DNA from: Faecalibacillus sp.
GTDB lineage: Bacteria > Bacillota_I > Bacilli_A > RFN20 > CAG-826
DNA: 64,000 bases
Assembly: GCA_963588175.1 (NCBI GenBank)
Contig: CAVAGP010000002.1
Coordinates: 51,515 to 115,514, forward strand
Direction: 5' to 3'
Shown: positions 26,428-32,016 of the stretch, one piece after another
Layout: the number at the start of each line of letters is the position of its first letter
How positions within the stretch are numbered: the first letter of the stretch is position 1
Notes under the pieces: model-generated
The model's database searches: none
Told to the model about the DNA's origin: nothing
The model's input: the letters and a program-made list of their open reading frames with translations, nothing else
Made by a program: the position numbers and the translations under genes

Positions 26428-26899
26428 GGAAATACTCCTTTATAGCTTTGGGTGAGATCTCAGTGTTCTTCCCTTGCTGATAAGCATTCTTCCACGGAGC
26501 TTGGCGATGAGTAATAGCTACTAAATCAGTTGCAGAGTAATCAGAAAATTTATCGACGACTGCTTCAATCATATGTTTATCCGTTTTTGTGATAACGTCA
26601 TCATCGTATTCCAGTATCCTTGAATTCCAAATATTATCCTCATCAACATCCACGATAAACGAAGTGGTTGGAATATCTCCACTCCCGAATTGCTTATACC
26701 TTTTATATGCTTCTGGAACAACTGGACCAAAATCCCATGCTATAATTTTTTCTTTAAAACATTGCTTATCGGCGACAATCAAGAAGTACGCCTGAACGAA
26801 ATATAACATTTTCTGAAGTTTTAAGTTAGAAATACCATAGTCTTTTTTATTGCTGTAATCAATTATATATTTACAAACATCTAATACATCATAGCTCAT
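26420..26899 (-). CDS. Panacea (DUF4065/SocA-like) antitoxin-domain protein 2
   Basis: VLDVCKYIIDYS...ISNLKLQKMLYFVQAYFLI...EKIIAWDFGPVVPEAYKRYKQFG...HRQAPWKNAY. Own promoter TTGACA (27018..27013), 17 nt, TATACT (26995..26990). The 5' UTR ends TTTTCATATAGAAGAGGAGGT, nearly identical to that of gene 1. Confidence 0.7.
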   Translation of the reverse strand: MSYDVLDVCKYIIDYSNKKDYGISNLKLQKMLYFVQAYFLIVADKQCFKEKIIAWDFGPVVPEAYKRYKQFGSGDIPTTSFIVDVDEDNIWNSRILEYDDDVITKTDKHMIEAVVDKFSDYSATDLVAITHRQAPWKNAYQQGKNTEISPKAIKEYFHA

Positions 26900-27033
26900 C
26901 TACTACACCTCCTCTTCTATATGAAAATAACCACACCGTAAGATGTGGTTATTAATACGATTTTGGTAGGCTTCGTAACCTCTATTAACAGTATATGCTA
27001 GAATAATATAAATGTCAATATAATTATATTATC

Positions 27034-27486
27034 TTAATCATTTTGAGCTTCTTCATATTTTTTGGCATAGTAGTTTCTCATTGTTTTGCATGAGATAGGA
27101 TCTGTACATACTTCCCACGCATAAGCTTGATGACGCGCTTCTTTCCACGGGTGTTCTGAACAAGCGAGCCACTCAAGTTGATCTCCGGTGAATTCTCCAT
27201 ATGTGTTATATACTGCATTTAAAACATATAACGTGTCATCTGAAAATAATGAGTAATCACAATTCTCTTTAGGTATTTCTTTCCATCCATATTTGGAGAA
27301 TTGCCGATAGAGGGAAGGAACTACAGGGCCATGAACCCACGCCTGAATTTCATCCTCAAACAACCGATCTCCAGCAAACAGAGCACAACTCCACGCCTGA
27401 GCATAATAACAAAGTTTTTGAAGTTTTTTATGCGTCATTGAATCTTTACTCAAGAACCATTTGGCAATATCAGCAACGGCATACAT
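27034..27486 (-). CDS. Panacea (DUF4065/SocA-like) antitoxin-domain protein 3
   Basis: VADIAKWFLSKDSMTHKKLQKLCYYAQAWSCALF...DEIQAWVHGPVVPSLYRQF...SEHPWKEAR. SD TAAGGAG; starts 12 nt after the stop of the 148-aa ORF. Confidence 0.75.
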   Translation of the reverse strand: MYAVADIAKWFLSKDSMTHKKLQKLCYYAQAWSCALFAGDRLFEDEIQAWVHGPVVPSLYRQFSKYGWKEIPKENCDYSLFSDDTLYVLNAVYNTYGEFTGDQLEWLACSEHPWKEARHQAYAWEVCTDPISCKTMRNYYAKKYEEAQND

Positions 27487-27498
27487 AATAGAATCTCC

Positions 27499-27945
27499 TT
27501 AATGATTGTAAGCAGAATAATCGAAATCAAAAGCGATTACATGCATAAGATTAGGTTGATATATATCGTCTTTACATATAATACGATATTTCTGCTGTCC
27601 AAAACGAAACACAGTAAGTTTTGTTTCATCCGTAACTAAGTTCTTTTGAATGCAAATAGACTGGATTTTATTTGACATTTGTTTTAGGGGAATTTTTTCT
27701 AACCCAGCAGTTTTGCCTCGATCTCTTGCTTCGGTTACTGTTATCTGAGATAATTCATATAGTCTTTTGTGTAAATGTTCATATGCCTTGCATTTATCAG
27801 AAGTGCTTTTCCGGAAATATTCAAAGCCATGAGAGGAGTCGAAACTCATATAAGAGAATCCAAAACAGATGTTTAGGGGAGACTGACCTAAATTGCCAGA
27901 GGATAGTTTCGGCACAATCCTTCGTTTGTCTTTAGCTTTCATCAT
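27499..27945 (-). CDS. Toxin candidate (possible RelE/ParE-like fold) flanked by two Panacea genes
   Basis: 148 aa. The C-terminal part LTVFRFGQQKYRIICKDDIYQPNLMHVIAFDFDYSAYNH resembles the RelE-superfamily ...yRiiy......v..i...H..Y pattern (weak). Overlaps the stop of Panacea gene 4 by 14 nt. Confidence 0.35.
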   Translation of the reverse strand: MMKAKDKRRIVPKLSSGNLGQSPLNICFGFSYMSFDSSHGFEYFRKSTSDKCKAYEHLHKRLYELSQITVTEARDRGKTAGLEKIPLKQMSNKIQSICIQKNLVTDETKLTVFRFGQQKYRIICKDDIYQPNLMHVIAFDFDYSAYNH

Positions 27946-28402
27946 CTACATAATTTTCCCTGAAGTATTTTTTCATAGTGTCTCGGCTAATAATCTGGTT
28001 CAGGCGCTTACCATGATTGGTAGCTTCTATCCAAGGAGATTCTTCATGAGTCCGGTTCCTTAATGCCCATGCAGAATATTGCCCAAACACATCAAATACT
28101 TGTGTCAAGAATATTGAATCATCCTTAGAAAATTTTCGAGCATCTTGAATATCTTCGTCTGTCAATTGTAAATTATACGGATCAGAATAAGCATAGTAAA
28201 CTTCTTTGACAACAGGACCATGTTCCCAAGCTAAGATATCTTCATTGAATAAAGATTTGTTCTTAATAGCCAAATAAGAACCTTCGGCGTAATATAATAA
28301 TTTCAAAAGTTTGAGAAGTGACAACGGTTCTCCACCAAGATCGTCTTGTGCTTGTTGGTTATGATATATAAACCAATGAGCAACATCAATCGCACGATAC
28401 AT
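27932..28402 (-). CDS. Panacea (DUF4065/SocA-like) antitoxin-domain protein 4
   Basis: AIDVAHWFIYHNQ...LSLLKLLKLLYYAEGSYLAI...EDILAWEHGPVVKEVYYAY...HEESPWIEAT. GAAGAGGAGG SD. Confidence 0.75.
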   Translation of the reverse strand: MYRAIDVAHWFIYHNQQAQDDLGGEPLSLLKLLKLLYYAEGSYLAIKNKSLFNEDILAWEHGPVVKEVYYAYSDPYNLQLTDEDIQDARKFSKDDSIFLTQVFDVFGQYSAWALRNRTHEESPWIEATNHGKRLNQIISRDTMKKYFRENYVDDES

Positions 28403-28465
28403 AACAAGACCTCCTCTTCCTTATATGTTATTATATTATGAATCAGATCATCAAAAACATCAAGA

Positions 28466-28497
28466 CAAAATATAAAAATAGCGGGGAAATCCCCCGC
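28466..28497 (-). terminator. Intrinsic terminator (minus strand)
   Basis: GCGGGGG-auuu-CCCCGC followed by UAUUUUUAUAUUUUG on the minus strand. Confidence 0.6.
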
Positions 28498-28531
28498 CGT
28501 TCGGTGGACTAGGGTCTTACGACCAGCCCAA

Positions 28532-28714
28532 TCAGTTCGAACTGTTATCTTGCTTGCGAAATGCAAATAATTCTAATTTAGCTCGCGCCTTCTCCAAAGA
28601 AGGGGAGTGTGGTTGATAGTTCTGAAAAGAACTATTATCAAGAATTGATTTCAGACTCTCGAAAGAAGCGGAGTCTTTTATATAGAATTCTTTTGTGATA
28701 GAAGATGTTGCCAT
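28532..28714 (-). CDS. 60-aa protein downstream of Panacea gene 5 (partner of unknown nature)
   Basis: CGAGGTG SD 5 nt upstream of the ATG, 12 nt after the stop of the upstream gene. Hydrophilic; no motif recognised. Confidence 0.45.
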   Translation of the reverse strand: MATSSITKEFYIKDSASFESLKSILDNSSFQNYQPHSPSLEKARAKLELFAFRKQDNSSN

Positions 28715-28726
28715 GAAAACACCTCG

Positions 28727-29167
28727 TTATTCTTCCGATAATCCTCCATAATACATTGCCATGCTTTCTTGTGTAATAATATTATCTGAACCAACACCCA
28801 TAGGCAATCCTTTTCGAGCTTCATTCCAAGGCGCTTCCATATGGGTAAGCTGACTTAGCCATTGGGCATTATGACAAGCGTAATGGTCTAACACAATATC
28901 TATAGTCTCTTTCTGAGAATCTGACAAAACAGATATATCTCCCGGTTCGTCGTTCTCAGTTACTGCAAATATTCCTTGCGTCTCAAAGAACAACTCTCGA
29001 CACACAGGACCATTTGCCCAAGCATGAAATTCCTCTGGGAACAATGGCTCGTCATCCCATACAAGAGACCATGCTTGACAATAATAACAAAGTTTTTGCA
29101 ACTTCATTGTAGAAAGCTTTCCTTGTTTGTGTAGAATGTATTTTGCTACATCAAATATACTTGCCAT
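28727..29167 (-). CDS. Panacea (DUF4065/SocA-like) antitoxin-domain protein 5
   Basis: IFDVAKYILHKQGKLSTMKLQKLCYYCQAWSLVW...EEFHAWANGPVCRELF...THMEAPWNEAR. Confidence 0.75.
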   Translation of the reverse strand: MASIFDVAKYILHKQGKLSTMKLQKLCYYCQAWSLVWDDEPLFPEEFHAWANGPVCRELFFETQGIFAVTENDEPGDISVLSDSQKETIDIVLDHYACHNAQWLSQLTHMEAPWNEARKGLPMGVGSDNIITQESMAMYYGGLSEE

Positions 29168-29602
29168 ATGCTCCCCGTCCTATCGGTTGATATTATATTC
29201 TGCTTTACAGAAATAATAAAATGCGTGTTACAATGCTGGCTGTCAGCCCAGACGTTAATGACGCCTGTAATCAAATCATCGTATATCCTCGATGCAGGCT
29301 GCGTGTCCTTTCGAACACAGATATGTGCGTGGTACTTATCCTCCCCAGCCGGAGCACAGCTTTAACGTGTCGCCACACGGAGAACGTTTCGATCTCTTGA
29401 ATACTGAGAAGGAGACTAGCACAATACAGTGCCATAGTCTCCTTCTACGATTGACTTTGCCGTTATCAGGAAACCCCTCCAGATCCCACATCTGGAGGCA
29501 TTGGCAGGCATTGTCGTCGCTTACTGACTATGCTCAACGCGGAGCATCCCTGATTTTACACGTCAGCGTCGTGGATTTTCCTTTAGAATTTAATTTAAGC
29601 TC

Positions 29603-29631
29603 TTGACAAGGAAAATCCAATCTGTTATTAT
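29603..29631 (+). promoter_or_regulatory. Promoter of type I toxin-like mRNA, copy B
   Basis: TTGACA (29603..29608), 17 nt, TATTAT (29626..29631). Predicted +1 at G29638. Confidence 0.6.
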
Positions 29632-29772
29632 CGAAGAGTGGAAGCCACCGACCCGACTTGGATTGGGGGGGTGGAACGGTTCCGAAGACGGTTGCCTGTC
29701 ATCTCGCAAAGCGCGGAATGGAGGCTTGCATATAGCTCTTTGTGGGAAATATTTCCGAAGGAGGACGAACAC

Positions 29773-29871
29773 ATGATTACTACCCTGAGTATCACCGGAA
29801 ACATTTCCAGCATTCTCGGTTTCGCATTCGCGATCTTCGTGTTTACATACCAGATAAAGAAAAAGAAGTGA
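29773..29871 (+). CDS. 32-aa hydrophobic peptide with Lys4 tail (type I toxin candidate, copy B)
   Basis: AAGGAGG SD (29759..29765), 7 nt, then ATG. MITTLSITGNISSILGFAFAIFVFTYQIKKKK has a single TM-like helix and a cationic C-terminus. Confidence 0.55.
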   Translation: MITTLSITGNISSILGFAFAIFVFTYQIKKKK

Positions 29872-29972
29872 ACTGTCCGCCACAATAGACAGCTTCACAG
29901 GATTTATGAAGTTACCAGCTTTATAAATCAAAAATAAAAATCACAAATCTGTAGCAACCGTCTGGTTTCCAC
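29855..29972 (-). ncRNA. Antisense RNA (type I antitoxin candidate), copy B
   Basis: Promoter TTGACT (30007..30002), 17 nt, TATAAT (29984..29979), +1 about G29972. Hairpin GUGAA(G)CUGUC...GACAGUUCAC (29898..29868) followed by UUCUUUUUCUUUAU. Overlaps the toxin stop and KKKK codons. Confidence 0.55.
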
Positions 29973-30060
29973 ACTTTTATTATAAACTTCTTATTAACAA
30001 AAGTCAATATGTCCCCACACTTTGAAACAAAAAGTTTTTATAAAAGATTGAATTTATTTG

Positions 30061-30090
30061 TTGACTTTGACGATAAACACCATGTATAAT
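30061..30090 (+). promoter_or_regulatory. Promoter of small plus-strand RNA
   Basis: TTGACT (30061..30066), 18 nt, TATAAT (30085..30090). Confidence 0.5.
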
Positions 30091-30096
30091 ATACAC

Positions 30097-30178
30097 AGAT
30101 GGTAAGTATCACTTACAATCGACAAAACTCTAACGAGAGTGGTTGTGCTGCATTCAGTATGACCACTCTTATTTTATT
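30097..30178 (+). ncRNA. Candidate ~80-nt sRNA antisense to the 3' periphery of the TMP intron core
   Basis: Downstream of the promoter lie hairpin GUAAGU-auc-ACUUAC and terminator AGAGUGGU (30136..30143) / ACCACUCU (30162..30169), followed by UAUUUUAUU. No ORF with an SD. Confidence 0.45.
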
Positions 30179-30276
30179 CCCATTTGCGGCAGGGAAGAGC
30201 CGAATCACATTTTAGAACAAACATTATTAGCTGCACATCTAAGGCGTATGCAACTAAGAGGGTGGGTGCTCGTTGG

Positions 30277-30573
30277 GGATGAATACCATTTAAAAAGCTT
30301 ACCTCATATTATTGAGATGTGCTTTACCTAAACGTTTGGTATCCGTCCTGCTGATTGCAGTCAATGCATCATATCTTTTTAAACCATGCCATATATCATT
30401 ACTGATTCTGTTTTGGCATATAATACTCTTGCTTCCCAGCATTTACCCCTCTAGGTATTTTAAATCATCAAGAACCCCTATGTTAATATTACTTGTTCAC
30501 AACACCATTTTTATTGTGTTCTTGTAATAAAGTAGACTCGCTATACAACCCTATGTCTTTTGGGTCAATCAAA
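30277..30573 (-). ncRNA. Group I intron catalytic core (TMP intron 3)
   Basis: - P1: exon UCAUCAAGAAU (30584..30574) with guide GUUCUUGAUGA (30476..30466), 11 bp including U.G.
- P3: UACCUA/UAGGUA (30457..30452, 30330..30325).
- P/Q boxes: AAUGCUGGGAAG / GCAAUCAGCAGG (30443..30432, 30358..30347).
- P7: GGAUACC/GGUAUUC (30344..30338, 30287..30281).
- P8: AUCUCA/UGAGGU (30318..30313, 30306..30301).
- P9 hairpin lies just outside this span at 30257..30227. Confidence 0.7.
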
Positions 30574-31179
30574 ATTCTTGATGAATGCAGCAATACCGCT
30601 GCCAACAGCTATGGTTCCTAAAGAACCCATTGCACTAGTTATCTGATTAATGACTTGTAAGAATTCATTTGCACCAGAAACAGCACCTTTTAGAAAATCT
30701 GAATCTGCTAAGTTAGAAGAAGTCTCTTGGAACGTAGCCTTTAACTGACCAAGACGTCCTTGAATAGACTCCATATAACGAGCATTTTCTTGCTCGGCAC
30801 TACCTGCGGATTCGTACTCCGCTGTCTGATATGCTTCTTTAATCATATCAACATTATTCAGAGCAGCAGCAAGTGCGTTTGCTTGGTTCTTACCAGCGAG
30901 AGTTTCAAGTAATGCAGCCTGATCTATGTCAGACAGACTATCCCAAACCTCGCCGATACCGACGATAATATCATACATATTTTTAAATGTTTTACCGTCG
31001 GATTCCATAATGTCAAAGCCTGTCATGCTTTGCACAATGTTTTGTAATTTAGACGAGCTTGTGACTACATTATCTGTGTCTTCGCCCATTGTCTCAAGTT
31101 CAGTAGATGCACCACGGATACGAGCAGATACTGTTTTCCACATATTGCCTGTACGTGCTGCATCCTGTACGACAGCATT
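30574..31179 (-). CDS. Tape measure protein, exon 3
   Basis: Begins NAVVQDAARTGNMWKTVSARIRGASTELE and ends with the hydrophobic segment ...SLGTIAVGSGIAAFIKN. 606 nt, in phase with exons 2 and 4. The ORF-track ORF 30565..31143 is its 3' part. Confidence 0.8.
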
Positions 31180-31611
31180 CTATTGTATTCAATAAGGTCG
31201 TAAATCTTATTATGTATTATTTACATCATTATGTTTCCATAATGTATAGGTCATCTTTTCACCTGCGCCATTATGCGATCAGGGTACACTCTTTCCATTT
31301 AAGGGGTTTTCACCCACGCCATATACGATTGCGCCGTACTCCTATTGACTAATATAGTCCCGACACGGGGATGACCGTCGAACCTCTACTCTTACCGCAA
31401 AGCAGTAAGGCTTGGCTGCTGATTGCCAATTGCATAAATCTTTAGCACCCGAAGGCTTTTTTTCAGCATAGATTCATCTCAATATTTTTTTCTGCTTTCG
31501 CAACATTCACGTTTGTCTTTTCGACTGCGTTGTAGTATATTGAGCTTTATGGGTTCCCAGCAATTAAGTGTATTCTTAGGCACATATTTCTATATACCGA
31601 ACCTCTATCGA
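31180..31611 (-). ncRNA. Group I intron (TMP intron 2, 432 nt, no ORF)
   Basis: 5' splice site GGAACU|UCGAUAGA. Guide GGUUC pairs with exon GAACU (U.G at the site). P box AAUUGCUGGGAA, Q box GGCAAUCAGCAGCC. P7 is GGUCAU/AUGACC. Ends ...CAAUAG| with a terminal G. Confidence 0.8.
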
Positions 31612-31729
31612 AGTTCCTGTTGTTAATGCTATAGCTTGAGATAAGTCAGTGTTTGCTACTTTAAAACTAGCAGAACTACGTTGCAGAGCCTCGCCGATAT
31701 CATCAGACGATATTGCGAAATTATTAGAT
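31612..31729 (-). CDS. Tape measure protein, exon 2 (118 nt)
   Basis: Encodes (V)SNNFAISSDDIGEALQRSSASFKVANTDLSQAIALTTGT, the missing middle of the TP901-type TMP core. Too short for the ORF track. Confidence 0.8.
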
Positions 31730-32016
31730 CAATTGTTACTTTTCAAATTGAAAAGGCTAGGTCATTTCTGCCTAGCTCTCACGTTTTATATTTTTGATTA
31801 TTGCGTGAGGTCGGACTGTATATTCATCCTATAAGAGCAGGAGGATAACTTCAGTAAAATGTATTACTACATTAAACCCGGCAGTCTCTACGGATTCTAT
31901 AATTTTAAATCATAGTCTTTCCTCGGTCTGAACCATCTCTGGCCTTTAACCGATATAGTTATCGTCAACTCTAAAAAGAGAAGCATATGTGTTGCCACAT
32001 ATGGAGGCATCTGTTT
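31730..32016 (-). ncRNA. Group I intron (TMP intron 1, 287 nt, no ORF)
   Basis: 5' splice site AAUGAGGU|AAACAGAU. Guide GCCUC pairs with exon GAGGU (U.G). Q/R-like AAUCCGUAGAGACUGCC and S-like AUAUACAGUCCGA (P7 is GACUG/CAGUC). Ends ...AACAAUUG|. Confidence 0.8.

Larger units (their letters stand above)
29638..29985 (+). other. Type I toxin-like mRNA, copy B (structured 5' UTR, small ORF, terminator)
   Basis: The 5' end GUGGAAGCCA (29638..29647) pairs with UGGUUUCCAC (29963..29972). GACGGUUGC (29687..29695) pairs with GCAACCGUC (29954..29962). A U-rich tract follows. Confidence 0.55.
23141..30573 (-). other. Intervening sequence in the TMP gene: group I intron core plus 7.1-kb toxin-antitoxin cargo (proposed giant intron, or island inserted into an intron)
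   Basis: 5' boundary defined by an 11-bp P1 with U.G. 3' boundary is the only in-frame position preceded by G (UUUUG|UCA). See the findings for alternatives. Confidence 0.4.

Noticed and set aside
28498-28560. GTTCGAAC-containing GC-rich stretch that briefly looked like a tRNA T-arm.
   Set aside because: No acceptor or anticodon stems can be drawn. It lies partly inside the 60-aa ORF and next to a terminator.
29168-29931. ORF-track ORFs 29168..29365 +, 29292..29606 +, 29590..29931 -, 29628..29885 - and the N-terminal part of 29638..29871 +.
   Set aside because: They have no SD, have odd composition, and overlap predicted RNA structures and promoters. Only the last 32 codons of 29638..29871 (ATG 29773 with AAGGAGG) are credible.
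30560-30590. Alternative explanations for the TMP break: a group II intron, an intein, a transposon with target-site duplication (shared AUUUUG at both junctions), or translational bypass.
   Set aside because: - There is no GUGYG 5' end or domain V/VI near the 3' junction.
- There are no intein blocks, and the insert contains stop codons and opposite-strand genes.
- Removing one AUUUUG copy gives a frameshifted join with an early stop.
- 7.4 kb is far beyond any known ribosomal hop.
- The group I core elements are directly visible.
31971-32016. C-terminal tails of exon-containing ORFs: NRCLHMWQHICFSF* here, IEVRYIEICA* after 31612, FD* at 30565..30573, TLVAVTS* at 51701..51724 and D* at 51156..51162.
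   Set aside because: They begin exactly where family-conserved sequence stops and intron hallmarks start (U at the 5' splice site, internal guide pairing). They are read-through into the introns, not real protein ends.
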